Of a stretch of DNA of 64,000 nt, positions 20,223 through 35,166 are shown piece after piece (the stretch's first letter is position 1; each line of letters starts with the position of its first letter). The DNA is from Bacilli bacterium (lineage in GTDB: Bacteria > Bacillota_I > Bacilli_A > RFN20 > CAG-288): the NCBI GenBank assembly GCA_022647725.1, contig JALCLG010000001.1, forward strand, positions 66,931 through 130,930. The letters run 5' to 3'. The translations under genes were made by a program, and so were the position numbers. The notes under the pieces are model-generated. The model made no database searches and was not told the DNA's origin. It saw only the letters and a program-made list of their open reading frames with translations.

Positions 20223-20991
20223 AGGTCTCTTAGACCGCTATCAGCGCCTCAGCGTCGTCAGTGAGATTGAGAAGAATCTTTCCAGCGAGCATAAGAGCAA
20301 CTATCTGGCCTCGTCCCTCTATCTCTCCGATCTTTATGATGCCAAAAATTATGACCTGAAAGCCTATCCGACCTTGGAAGAGTCCCTGAAGAAGGATGGT
20401 TTCCTCATTCCGCTGATCATCGTCAAAGGGACGAAAGACGGCACCTTCGAAATCATCAACGGCGTCAAACGTTTCCTCTTCTCCCAGAAGCTGGGAATGA
20501 GCGAGGTGCCCTGCGTCTTAGCCGACATCTCTCCGGAGCGCAAAGTCGCCTATGTCGTGGAGAACATCATCGAGGAAGGCGGCTGTCCGTTAAGCAAGAC
20601 CACCTGCTTCGAACGGCTGAAGAGTCAGTACGGCTACACCGAGGAGATGATCGGGTCTTTGACGCACCTCTCCTTAAGCCAGATCCGGAATCTTTTACGG
20701 CTTAGCAAACTTCCGGAAAGCATCAAAGACGGCCTCCGGTCCTATAAGATCAGCTACGGCGAAGCCAGAGTCTTAGTCTCCTTAGCTCCCAGCAAGCAGG
20801 AAGAGATCTATCAGGAGCTTTTGACCGGCCGGCTTTCCGTCCGGGAGCTGGAAGGCAAGAAGCGCAGCTATCTTGGCAAAGCCAGGAAAACCAGCGCCGT
20901 CCTCAAAGGACGCCGCGTCATTCTCACCTTCCAGAACGAAAACGACGCCAAAAGGGTCTATCCGAGAATCGTCAAGGAATTCTCCGACTGA
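20191..20991 (+). CDS. parB: ParB/Spo0J-like partition protein, divergent
   Basis: TTG start with GGGAGG SD. ParB N-domain and HTH (LSLSQIRNLLRLSKLP). The GERRxR box is replaced by NGVKRF. Confidence 0.7.
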   Translation: MSKRKNSSDLEGLLDRYQRLSVVSEIEKNLSSEHKSNYLASSLYLSDLYDAKNYDLKAYPTLEESLKKDGFLIPLIIVKGTKDGTFEIINGVKRFLFSQKLGMSEVPCVLADISPERKVAYVVENIIEEGGCPLSKTTCFERLKSQYGYTEEMIGSLTHLSLSQIRNLLRLSKLPESIKDGLRSYKISYGEARVLVSLAPSKQEEIYQELLTGRLSVRELEGKKRSYLGKARKTSAVLKGRRVILTFQNENDAKRVYPRIVKEFSD

Positions 20992-21641
20992 GTCTTAGCT
21001 GCTTTCTGTGCTTCCCGCTCGTTAAGCGAGGGAAGACAGCCGCAGTAGTCCTGCCGGTAAAGATGATACTGTCTGGCTAAGAGGATGCCCTTCAGCTGGC
21101 CCTCCTCTTTTTTGAAATCGGAATAAAGGTAGGCGGTCTCCGGGTAGGCTTTGGCCAGCTGGAAGGCAATCTCATTCAGTTCCCGGCTCGGCTTCTTGCA
21201 GCTGACGGTCATCACGGTCGTGAAATAATCGAAGTGATGGCTGGCGGCATACTGATACGCCAGTCCCATCCGGTAGGCATGGCACTTCAGGCAGGTCGCC
21301 CCGCCTTCCTTGTCCTGGTAACGCTGTTTGAACGCCGACTGATAGGCCAGAAAGTCGTCCTCGTTGACGACGAGCGGAATCGCGGTGTGCTGATCCTTGC
21401 CATAGGCGGCCAGGAAATCTTTTAAAGTGGCTAGGCGTTTCTGATACTCGCTTTCCGGGGCGATGTTCGGATTGAAAAAACCGACCGTCACCTGAAAAAC
21501 GGGAAGCAGGATGCTTAACGGATAAGTAAGACAGGGTCCGCAGCAGGCATGGAGGAAAAGGGTCGGCTTCTTTCCGGAAGCCTGGATCTTGCTGACAAGA
21601 TCCTTGAATTCCTGGTTGTAGTTATGGGGCTTGTCGTTCAT
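20958..21641 (-). CDS. queH: epoxyqueuosine reductase QueH (DUF208 family)
   Basis: 227 aa. HACCGPC motif plus CLKCH and YCGC cysteines. Directly downstream of queA. Confidence 0.8.
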   Translation of the reverse strand: MNDKPHNYNQEFKDLVSKIQASGKKPTLFLHACCGPCLTYPLSILLPVFQVTVGFFNPNIAPESEYQKRLATLKDFLAAYGKDQHTAIPLVVNEDDFLAYQSAFKQRYQDKEGGATCLKCHAYRMGLAYQYAASHHFDYFTTVMTVSCKKPSRELNEIAFQLAKAYPETAYLYSDFKKEEGQLKGILLARQYHLYRQDYCGCLPSLNEREAQKAAKTQSENSLTILG

Positions 21642-22723
21642 CAGTCCAACGTATCCTTCTTGATGAACATGCTGTCGCCGAAGGAGAAGAAGCGGTAGTG
21701 GTTAGCGACGGCATGCTTGTAGGCGTTTAAGACATTGTCCCGGGTAGAGAAAGCCGAGACCAGCATCACCAGCGTCGATTTCGGCAGGTGGAAGTTGGTG
21801 ATCAGACAGTCGATGGCTTTGAATTGGAAACCCGGATAGATGAAAAGTTTCGTATCGCCCGAACATTCCTTGAAAGTGCCGTATTTCTGCATCACCGATT
21901 CCAAGGTGCGGGTCGGAGTTGTTCCAATGGCAATGATGCGGCGATGCTCGCTTTTAGCTTTGTTGAGACTCGCGGCAGCTTCCTTGGACATCATATAGAA
22001 TTCCGAGTGCATGTCGTGCTCGCGGATATCATCGGTCTTGACCGGGCGGAAGGTTCCTAAGCCGATGTGCAGGGTGATGTCAACGACCTCGACGCCTTTG
22101 GCCTTCAGACGGCTGAAGAGCTCTTCGGTGAAATGGAAGCCGGCCGTCGGAGCGGCGGCGCTGCCTTCGATCTTGGCATAGACGGTCTGATAACGGGAGT
22201 TGTCGCCTAACTGCTTATGGATGTAAGGCGGCAGCGGCATCCGTCCCAGCTGTTCCAGGACTTCCATGAAGATGCCCTGATAGCTGAACTTGAAAAGACG
22301 GAGTCCTTCTTCCTGGACTTCCAGGCAGGTAGCCACCAGTTCATCGTTCGTGCCGAAATGGATCTGGGTGCCGACCTTGACGGCATGGGCATTGCCGACC
22401 AGGCACTGCCAGACATCCTTCTGATCCTTGATCTCGTTAAGAAGAAGCAGCTCCACATGGGCATGGGTCTCTCTCTTTTCGCCTAAGAGGCGGGCCGGAA
22501 TGACCTTGGTGTTGTTGCGGACCAAGACATCGCCGGCATGAAGATACTTCTCGATCTCATAAAAGTAGGGTTCATCGGTCAAAGCACCGGTGGCTCGGTC
22601 CATCACCAAAAGACGGGAATGGTCCCGCTGCTGAGCCGGCGACTGAGCAATCAGCTCTTCCGGCAGCTCATAGTCATACGAGCTTAACGAATAGATATCA
22701 TAATCAAAGCCAGGTGTATTCAT
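21641..22723 (-). CDS. queA: S-adenosylmethionine:tRNA ribosyltransferase-isomerase QueA
   Basis: 360 aa. PLPPYI motif. Collinear with the QueA family. Confidence 0.93.
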   Translation of the reverse strand: MNTPGFDYDIYSLSSYDYELPEELIAQSPAQQRDHSRLLVMDRATGALTDEPYFYEIEKYLHAGDVLVRNNTKVIPARLLGEKRETHAHVELLLLNEIKDQKDVWQCLVGNAHAVKVGTQIHFGTNDELVATCLEVQEEGLRLFKFSYQGIFMEVLEQLGRMPLPPYIHKQLGDNSRYQTVYAKIEGSAAAPTAGFHFTEELFSRLKAKGVEVVDITLHIGLGTFRPVKTDDIREHDMHSEFYMMSKEAAASLNKAKSEHRRIIAIGTTPTRTLESVMQKYGTFKECSGDTKLFIYPGFQFKAIDCLITNFHLPKSTLVMLVSAFSTRDNVLNAYKHAVANHYRFFSFGDSMFIKKDTLD

Positions 22724-22725
22724 GG

Positions 22726-23862
<1,137 letters not shown>

Positions 23863-23908
23863 TTATTATACACTTTCCCGGCCGGTTTCCGACCCATCCC
23901 ATCGGGCG

Positions 23909-23934
23909 AAAAAACGGAAGCCGGCCGGCTTCCG
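23909..23934 (-). terminator. intrinsic terminator after gatB
   Basis: CGGAAGCCGG / CCGGCTTCCG palindromic stem followed by T6 on the minus strand. Confidence 0.8.
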
Positions 23935-23946
23935 CTTTGCTTTTTC

Positions 23947-25389
23947 CTACTTCGGCTTGACGCAGGGTCCGATCACCTTGATGATCAGCTCCTTGGCCAG
24001 ACTCGGATTGGCTTTGCCATGGCTTAAGGCCATGACCTGGCCGACCAGATAACCGAGCGCGTGGTCTTTGCCATGCTGCCAGTCACTGACGGACTGCTGG
24101 TTCTTGGCTAAGACGGCATCGACCAACGACTGCACGGCCGAGGCATCGGAGATCTGCTCCATGCCTTTGGCCTTGACGACATCGGCGGGATTGGCGCCGG
24201 TGGCCAGCATCTCTGCCAAGACTTCCTTGGCCTGCTTGGAATTGATCTTGCCGCTGTCGATGAGATTGATGAGGCTGACGAAGGCTTCCTTGGTGAAAGG
24301 CAGCTTATCCAAGGTCTTCTCGTTCTTGTTGAGCCAGCTCTGAGTATCCACCATCAGGTAGTTCCAAAGCAGGGTCGGATTCTTGGCCCCTAAGGTCAGG
24401 CAGTCCTCGAAGTAGACCACAAAGTCGCGGTCTTTCAGAAGCGCCTGGGTCTCATAGTCGTCCAGACCGGCTTTTTTCAGCTCGCTCCGGTATTCGTTGG
24501 GGAGCTTGTTCATCGAATGGATGGCGTCATAGATGAAACCGTCGCTTAAGTCGATCGGGACAATGTTCGGTTCCCGGAAATACTTGTAGTCGATGGCATT
24601 GGTCTTCTTACGCATCAGGACGGTCTGCTGGATGGACTCATCGAAACGACGGGTCTCCTGCTCGACCTTGCCACCCTCATTGAGGATCTTCGACTGCCGG
24701 CCGATTTCAAAATCGACGGCGGTCTTGATGTTCTGAATGGTGTTGAGGTTCTTGCACTCGCACTTGGTGCCTAAGACGTTGGAGCCTTTCGGGCTTAAGG
24801 AAATATTGATATCGCAGCGCATCGAACCATCCTCCATCTTGCCATCGCTGATGCCAAGATAGGTGACGATCTCCCGGAGGGACTCCACATACTTCATGGC
24901 TTCCTCGCCGGAATGCATATCCGGCTGGGAGACGATTTCAATCAGCGGAATGCCGGCCCGGTTGAAGTCCAGCAAGGTGATATCGTTGAGGTGGATCTCC
25001 TTGGCCGTATCTTCCTCGAGATGGGCATTGTCGACCCGGATCTTACGGATCTCGCCGTTATCCAACGTGATTTCGACCAGACCGTCTTTGCCAATCGGGA
25101 AGAACTGCTGGGTGATCTGGAAACCCTTGGTCAGATCCGGATAGAAGTAATTCTTCCGGTCGAACTCCAAGGTCTTACTAATCGTCATATGCAAGGCAGA
25201 GCAGAGCTTGATGCCATAGACGACGGCTTCCTTGTTGACCACCGGCATCGTGCCCGGAAAAGCCATATCCAGCGGAACGACTTCGCTGTTCGGCGTCTGA
25301 CCGAAGGTATTGGGCGCCTTCGAGAACATCTTGGAGGCGGTCTTCAGCTGGACATGGATTTCCACGCCAATCGTCGGTACGAATTCCAT
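23947..25389 (-). CDS. gatB: Asp/Glu-tRNA amidotransferase subunit B
   Basis: Start at MEFVPTIGVEIHVQL, the typical GatB N-terminus. Abuts the gatA stop. Confidence 0.93.
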   Translation of the reverse strand: MEFVPTIGVEIHVQLKTASKMFSKAPNTFGQTPNSEVVPLDMAFPGTMPVVNKEAVVYGIKLCSALHMTISKTLEFDRKNYFYPDLTKGFQITQQFFPIGKDGLVEITLDNGEIRKIRVDNAHLEEDTAKEIHLNDITLLDFNRAGIPLIEIVSQPDMHSGEEAMKYVESLREIVTYLGISDGKMEDGSMRCDINISLSPKGSNVLGTKCECKNLNTIQNIKTAVDFEIGRQSKILNEGGKVEQETRRFDESIQQTVLMRKKTNAIDYKYFREPNIVPIDLSDGFIYDAIHSMNKLPNEYRSELKKAGLDDYETQALLKDRDFVVYFEDCLTLGAKNPTLLWNYLMVDTQSWLNKNEKTLDKLPFTKEAFVSLINLIDSGKINSKQAKEVLAEMLATGANPADVVKAKGMEQISDASAVQSLVDAVLAKNQQSVSDWQHGKDHALGYLVGQVMALSHGKANPSLAKELIIKVIGPCVKPK

Positions 25390-25390
25390 G

Positions 25391-26848
25391 TTACTTAGCC
25401 TCCTTGACGAGATCATGAAGACCGGTCAGGTCTTCGATCTCCTTTGCTAATCCAAAGACATAGCCATCTTCGAAGACCCGACCGGTCACGTTGAGTCCGA
25501 TTGGCATGCCGTCGACATAGGTCAAGGGCAGCGTCAAGGACGGATTGCCGCCGAAATTGCCTAAAGTGAGGATGTTGTCGAGGAAATCCGGCTTCAAGGA
25601 CCAGGCCGTGGAAAGCTCACTGATCTTCTTGGGCTTGCTGTAGGCGGCCGGAACGACGAGGTAATCAATGGTATCAAAGAACTTGTTCAGCTCGTTAACG
25701 ATCATCCGTCGGGCCTTCTGGGCCCGGACGAACATCTCTTCCTGGTTGGCACTGAGCAAGGAGAAGCTTCCGATGACGAAGCGGCGTTTGATGAGATCGG
25801 AGAAGCCAGCCGTCCTTGTCTGGGTCATATACTCTTCCCAGGTCTTGGGATCCTCTTGGGCCTTCGGGCCGAAGCGGATGCCATCGAGGTTGGCATCATT
25901 GCTGGTGGCCTCGGCGCAGCTGATCAGCATGTAGGTCGGATAAAGAGCATCCAGCAAGGCGACCGGGTAGTCATAGGAAACCACCTCATAGCCCTTCTTA
26001 GTCAGTCCTTCCAGAACATCGTTGTAAGCCTTCTTGATGGCAGGATCACTGATGCCGTCCATCACCGCCTTGAAATAGCCGACCTTCTTCAGGGTCTTAT
26101 GCCCTAAGACATAGTCCTGATATTTCTCTTTCTTGCGGTACGAGGAGGACATATCCTGAGGATCGTGTCCGGCCAGAGCCGAAAGAACATAGCTGGAATC
26201 CAGCACGTTGCGGGTAAAATAACCCACGGCATCCAGCGAGGGAGCAAACGGGAAAAGGCCGTACCGGGAGATGCGTCCCCAGGTAGCCTTATAGCCAACC
26301 AATCCGGCATGGCTGGCCGGTTTACGGACGGAATCACCGGTATCCGAGCCTAAGGCCAGCGGCGCGATGCCTTCCGCCAGAGCGGCGGCCGAGCCACAGG
26401 AAGAACCGCCGACGATCCGGGTCGGATCATAGGGGTTGGTGGTGTTGCCTTTATGGCCGGTGGTGCCGGTACCGCCCATGGCCAGTTCATCCATGGTGGT
26501 CTTGGCGACCATAATCATCCCCTGCTGAGCCAGCTTATGGATGACGGTGGCATCAAAAAGCGGGACATAGCCTTCCAGGATCTTACTGGAAGCCGTGGTC
26601 TCGATGCCTTTGGTCGAATAGTTATCCTTGGCCAGATACGGAATGCCTTTCAGCAGGTCGTCTTTGCCAATCTCAGAGATCTTCTTAGCCTGAGCCCTAG
26701 CCTGGTCAAAGGCCGTGGCTTCAAAAGCGTTGTTCTTATCCGCCTGAATGCCGGCGATGCAGTCTTCGACGAGGTCACTCGGCGTGACTTCTTTATTGAC
26801 TAAGAGCTCATGGAGCTCCGTGAGCGATTTATTCATCCACTTCGTCAT
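25391..26848 (-). CDS. gatA: Asp/Glu-tRNA amidotransferase subunit A
   Basis: 485 aa. Amidase signature GGSSCGSAAA. Confidence 0.95.
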   Translation of the reverse strand: MTKWMNKSLTELHELLVNKEVTPSDLVEDCIAGIQADKNNAFEATAFDQARAQAKKISEIGKDDLLKGIPYLAKDNYSTKGIETTASSKILEGYVPLFDATVIHKLAQQGMIMVAKTTMDELAMGGTGTTGHKGNTTNPYDPTRIVGGSSCGSAAALAEGIAPLALGSDTGDSVRKPASHAGLVGYKATWGRISRYGLFPFAPSLDAVGYFTRNVLDSSYVLSALAGHDPQDMSSSYRKKEKYQDYVLGHKTLKKVGYFKAVMDGISDPAIKKAYNDVLEGLTKKGYEVVSYDYPVALLDALYPTYMLISCAEATSNDANLDGIRFGPKAQEDPKTWEEYMTQTRTAGFSDLIKRRFVIGSFSLLSANQEEMFVRAQKARRMIVNELNKFFDTIDYLVVPAAYSKPKKISELSTAWSLKPDFLDNILTLGNFGGNPSLTLPLTYVDGMPIGLNVTGRVFEDGYVFGLAKEIEDLTGLHDLVKEAK

Positions 26849-27149
26849 TGGTGTTACCTACGACTTTCGGAAGCTTGACCTGCGTGCCAAGCTTGGTATT
26901 GGAATTCTTCAGGGCATCCTTGGGGGATAAGGGTTTACTGGGTTTGTCTTCCCGTAAGAAAGTCTGATGCTCCCGGTAAGGGAAGGTCATCGGGGAAAGA
27001 CTGTCGACGCCCGGGATGGACTTAAGGAAGTCGATCTGAGCTAAGACCGTATTGAATTCGGAATAAATGACGTCATCCTGACCCGGCGCCAAGCTGAACA
27101 TCAGATTCTTGGCACAGAGGTTGATGACATCCTTCGTGACTGTGATCAT
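26829..27149 (-). CDS. gatC: Asp/Glu-tRNA amidotransferase subunit C
   Basis: 106 aa. First gene of the gatCAB array. GGAGA SD upstream. Confidence 0.8.
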   Translation of the reverse strand: MITVTKDVINLCAKNLMFSLAPGQDDVIYSEFNTVLAQIDFLKSIPGVDSLSPMTFPYREHQTFLREDKPSKPLSPKDALKNSNTKLGTQVKLPKVVGNTNDEVDE

Positions 27150-27170
27150 GTGGGTATCTCCTATTAAGAC

Positions 27171-27187
27171 AAGTTATTATATAACTT
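27171..27187 (-). promoter_or_regulatory. -10 box embedded in a perfect AT-rich palindrome upstream of gatC
   Basis: AAGTTAT-n3-ATAACTT. On the minus strand it contains TATAAT about 30 nt upstream of the gatC ATG. Confidence 0.35.
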
Positions 27188-27203
27188 ATCTTCTCTTTTG
27201 AAA

Positions 27204-31575
<4,372 letters not shown>

Positions 31576-31598
31576 GCGTGTGTTTTTCTTTCCTTAAA

Positions 31599-31607
31599 AT
31601 TATACCA
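31599..31607 (-). promoter_or_regulatory. extended -10 promoter upstream of pcrA
   Basis: Minus strand TGgTATAAT, about 24 nt upstream of the pcrA ATG. Confidence 0.45.
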
Positions 31608-31763
31608 AAAAAGAGGCCTTCTCTGACAGGAAAAAGGAAGGAAAAAGAGGGGGTGGATGAACCTCTTTCTCCCTGGGGTTAAGTTGCTTTGACTCGCTTT
31701 GGCTGTCCGGCCTTGATTTTGGGCAGAAAAGACACCTTGAAAGTCGAGTCGGAGAACCGGAAG

Positions 31764-31797
31764 GAAAAAGAAAAAGGCCCTCGGTTGGAAGGACCTT
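31764..31797 (-). terminator. terminator after tRNA-Gln
   Basis: Minus strand AAGGTCC-n10-GGGCCTT (one G.U pair) followed by TTTTTCTTTTT. Confidence 0.6.
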
Positions 31798-31809
31798 GCT
31801 TGATACAAA

Positions 31810-31884
31810 TGGCTGGGGTACTTGGATTCGAACCAAGGCATCGCAGATTCAGAGTCTGTTGTCTTACCGCTTGACTATACCCCA
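31810..31884 (-). tRNA. tRNA-Gln (anticodon CUG)
   Basis: 75 nt cloverleaf folded by hand. Acceptor UGGGGUA/UACCCCA, anticodon loop CUCUGAA, T-loop GGUUCGAAUCC, encoded CCA. Confidence 0.9.
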
Positions 31885-31896
31885 AGGGCGTTAAAA

Positions 31897-31925
31897 AGTA
31901 TAGTTTAAAACCAAGGTATTGTCAA
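31897..31925 (-). promoter_or_regulatory. strong sigma-A promoter for tRNA-Gln
   Basis: Minus strand TTGACA (31925-31920), 17-nt spacer, TATACT (31902-31897), about 12 nt before the mature 5' end. Confidence 0.65.
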
Positions 31926-31963
31926 CAAAGAATGACGGAAAAGAAGCAAAAACAAAGTCCCGG

Positions 31964-32440
31964 TTATTTATCGTAGCTCTCCCCGGAAAGAATCTTGAAG
32001 GAACGGTAGACCTGCTCCAGGGTCACCAGCAAGGCCAGGTAATGGGTGAAGGTGAGAGGCGAAAGCGAGAAAGCGACATCCGCCCGCCTACGAAGGCTGT
32101 CATCCAAGCCATAGGAGGAGCCTAAGAGAAAGACGAGGTTTCCTTGGGTGGCGACTTTGGTCTGCAGCTTCTTGGCCAGCTCTTCCGTCGAGACGAGCGG
32201 CGCATGGATATCGATGAGGAAGAGACAGTCGCTGGCTTTGATCTGCCGCAAGGCATTTGCGGCTTCTTCGGCCAAGGCTTTGGCAATCTCGCCGCTACTG
32301 GGCGTCTCCGGAAGGGATACTTCGGGTAACCAGACCAGACTCGTCTTGGCAAAGCGGCTCAGCCGCTTCAGATATTCCTCATAGCCTTCCGTAAGATACT
32401 TCTCCCGGGCTTTTCCGGGAATGAGGAACTTCAGGGTCAT
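31964..32440 (-). CDS. rlmH: 23S rRNA (pseudouridine1915-N3)-methyltransferase RlmH
   Basis: 158 aa SPOUT protein. Typical position downstream of a YycJ-like MBL gene. Confidence 0.85.
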   Translation of the reverse strand: MTLKFLIPGKAREKYLTEGYEEYLKRLSRFAKTSLVWLPEVSLPETPSSGEIAKALAEEAANALRQIKASDCLFLIDIHAPLVSTEELAKKLQTKVATQGNLVFLLGSSYGLDDSLRRRADVAFSLSPLTFTHYLALLVTLEQVYRSFKILSGESYDK

Positions 32441-33201
32441 AGCTCATCGCCACCTTTGGTTTCGTGGCTGTCGCTGGCGGTTTTAAGAAGAATATCCGGC
32501 ACATACCCGAGCTGCGTCTGCATCACCCGTTCATAGGTGCTGGTGGCTTTCTCCGGGGTATTGCAGTCGTCACTGAGATGGGCGAGGACGATCTCCTTGG
32601 TGTTGTCGGTGATGAGATTGGCCAGATAGTAGGCGCTGTCGGCATTGTTGAGATGGCCTTTGTCGGAGATGATGCGGCGGATCAGATAATCCGGACGGCC
32701 GCTGTTGAAAAGCATCTCCGGATCATGGTTGGATTCGAAGATATAGTAAGTCTCCCCTTTGATGGCCGGGAAGAGCTTCTCGGCAATGAAGCCGGTATCG
32801 GTGATATAGGCTAAGGATTCTTGGCCGTCATTGACGACAAAGCCGACGGTATTCTTGGCATCATGGCTTAAGGGAATCGGAAGAATGGAGAAGCCAGCCA
32901 GGGAAACGGATTTCATGGGCAGCAGCAGATGATCGGCGGCAATCGTCCCGTCAAGCTTGGGCAAGGTCTGGGAGGAAGCATAGAGCTTTTCCCGCGGGGC
33001 ACAATAGGCATTGGAGGCATGGTCGGAATGATCGTGCGTAATGAAAACACCTTGGATGTCGTTAAAGCCCATCCCATAGCCTTTGAGCGCGTTATCAATC
33101 CGGCGTTTAGGAATGCCAAAGTCGAGAAGTATGCAGGTGTTATGAGAAAAGACGAGAGTAGCATTTCCTTTGGATCCGGAAGAAATGACATCGAACTTCA
33201 T
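32437..33201 (-). CDS. MBL-fold metallo-hydrolase (YycJ/WalJ-like)
   Basis: 254 aa. HxHxDH motif ITHDHSDH. Confidence 0.8.
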   Translation of the reverse strand: MKFDVISSGSKGNATLVFSHNTCILLDFGIPKRRIDNALKGYGMGFNDIQGVFITHDHSDHASNAYCAPREKLYASSQTLPKLDGTIAADHLLLPMKSVSLAGFSILPIPLSHDAKNTVGFVVNDGQESLAYITDTGFIAEKLFPAIKGETYYIFESNHDPEMLFNSGRPDYLIRRIISDKGHLNNADSAYYLANLITDNTKEIVLAHLSDDCNTPEKATSTYERVMQTQLGYVPDILLKTASDSHETKGGDEL

Positions 33202-34679
33202 CCAGGGAAAGGCTCCTCGTCCGGACCGTCATGCTGCGTATCGACGATGTTGAAAGCGCAGTGCTCCTTATCGAAGCTGTACTGCAGGTCGCCGATCTTG
33301 CCGTTACGGTTCTTCAGCAAGGTGACATCGACCTGCGAGATGGGGTTGTTGTAGTCGGCCTGGGCATGGGAGGAAGTGCCCTCTTCGCCCGGATGGTCAT
33401 AATAGTCCTTGCGGTAAAGCATCAGGATCATATCGGCATCCTGTTCAATGGCGCCGGAATCACGGAGGTCGCTTAACTGCGGCTTATGATCTTCACGCTT
33501 TTCGGTCTCACGGCTTAACTGCGAAAGCGCGATGACCGGCACGTTGAGGTTACGGGCCATCTGCTTGATCTGACGGGAAATATCGGCGACTTCCTGCTGA
33601 CGTCCGCCATTGGCATTGGCTTTGGTCGGGGCAGTGATGAGGCCCAAGTAATCGATGGCGACTAAGCCGAGGTTGGGAAGCAGGTTCTTCAGTTTCTTGC
33701 ATTTGGCGGCAATATCCATGATGACACTGTTGGACGTATCATCGATGTAGAAGGGAAGCGAGTTGATTTCCTCTAAGCCCCGAGCCAGTTTGCTGACCAT
33801 GGCCTTTTCCCGGTCATCCTTGGCATCGACCAAAAGAGCATCGCGGGAAGAGCCTTTGAGGAACTCGAGCGAATTGATTTCAAGATCGGAGAGTCCCGAC
33901 GTCTTCTCCAACAGACGCATGCCAATGGAGGCAGCGCTCATTTCCAAGGAGAAGAACACGACCGGCGTGCCTTTCTTGGCGACATTGTAAAGCAGGTTGA
34001 TGGCAAAGGCCGTCTTGCCGACACTCGGGCGGGCGCCGATGACGATCATCTCCTGCGGCTTCCAGCCTTTGGTCAGAAGATCCAAGGGCTCATAGCCGGT
34101 TTCAATGCCGGTCACGCCATTGGGCTTCTTGCCGTTCTTTTTGAAGAAATCGGTCTGTTCGACCAGCTGATTGACGATGGTCGACGAGACATCCGACATC
34201 TTGACGACATCGCTGACCCGGCGTTCCTTGGTGACGGTGAGAATATCCGATTCCGCTTTTTCAATGAAATCGGAAATATCTTCGATCGGCTTGGTCTGGG
34301 CATCATTGGAAATGGTGTTAAGGGTCGCAATGAACCGGGCTAACAGCGCCTGGTCACGGACGGCATTGACGGAAGTCATCACCGGAGCCATGGAGGTGAA
34401 GTTGGTTAAGAGATAGGTGATGTAATCATAGCCGCCAGCATCCTCGAGAACCTTGTTGTGGTCCAGTTCGGTGGCTAAGGCGGTGGGGTTAGGCTGGATG
34501 CCCTTCTTGTTCATATCCAAGAGGGTCTTGTAGATGATGCTGTTTCGCGGATCCAGGAAATCTTCGACTTTCAGCAACGGAGCCACGGTCAAAAGATCCG
34601 CCCCGGTCTTATCGTGGAGGATATCGGCTAAAATGCTGGCTTCGTTAAGGGAGGTTGTGGAGCTCTGACCATCGGCCAT
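33198..34679 (-). CDS. dnaB: replicative DNA helicase
   Basis: 493 aa. Walker A GARPSVGKT, RecA-like C-domain, downstream of rplI. Confidence 0.95.
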   Translation of the reverse strand: MADGQSSTTSLNEASILADILHDKTGADLLTVAPLLKVEDFLDPRNSIIYKTLLDMNKKGIQPNPTALATELDHNKVLEDAGGYDYITYLLTNFTSMAPVMTSVNAVRDQALLARFIATLNTISNDAQTKPIEDISDFIEKAESDILTVTKERRVSDVVKMSDVSSTIVNQLVEQTDFFKKNGKKPNGVTGIETGYEPLDLLTKGWKPQEMIVIGARPSVGKTAFAINLLYNVAKKGTPVVFFSLEMSAASIGMRLLEKTSGLSDLEINSLEFLKGSSRDALLVDAKDDREKAMVSKLARGLEEINSLPFYIDDTSNSVIMDIAAKCKKLKNLLPNLGLVAIDYLGLITAPTKANANGGRQQEVADISRQIKQMARNLNVPVIALSQLSRETEKREDHKPQLSDLRDSGAIEQDADMILMLYRKDYYDHPGEEGTSSHAQADYNNPISQVDVTLLKNRNGKIGDLQYSFDKEHCAFNIVDTQHDGPDEEPFPG

Positions 34680-34682
34680 AGG

Positions 34683-35141
34683 CTATTTTTTCTCCTTGAG
34701 GGAGACATGGATCGTCACGACGCCGACGACATCCTTGGTCAAAGCGACCCGCAGGGTCGTCTTGCCAAAGCCATTGACGATGACATCCTTGTCCAGGATG
34801 CTGTCCTTGGTGATGGCAATGTCGTACTTCTCTTTGAGGGTCTTGATGATCTCCTTCGAAGAGACGGTACCGATCATTTCGCCCCGGCGGCCGGCACTGG
34901 CTTCGAACTCCAGCGTAATGGTCTTAAGCTTCTCAGCCACCTCTTCGGCCTTAGCCTTGAGAATGGCGTCCTGCTTGGCCTGCTCAGCCAGCTCCCGCTG
35001 ATATTCCTTCTGGGCGCCTTCGTTATAAAGAACCGCAGCACCGCGAGGGATGAGGAAATTGGCGCCGTAGCCATCGCTGACCTCGACGACTTCGCCTTTC
35101 TTACCTACTTTACGGATATCTTCCTTCATTAAGACTTTCAT
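34683..35141 (-). CDS. rplI: 50S ribosomal protein L9
   Basis: Start at MKVLMKEDIRKVGKKGEVVEVSDGYGANFLIP, the canonical L9 N-terminus. Confidence 0.93.
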   Translation of the reverse strand: MKVLMKEDIRKVGKKGEVVEVSDGYGANFLIPRGAAVLYNEGAQKEYQRELAEQAKQDAILKAKAEEVAEKLKTITLEFEASAGRRGEMIGTVSSKEIIKTLKEKYDIAITKDSILDKDVIVNGFGKTTLRVALTKDVVGVVTIHVSLKEKK

Positions 35142-35166
35142 GATGTCATCCTCCTTGTTTGCCTGA

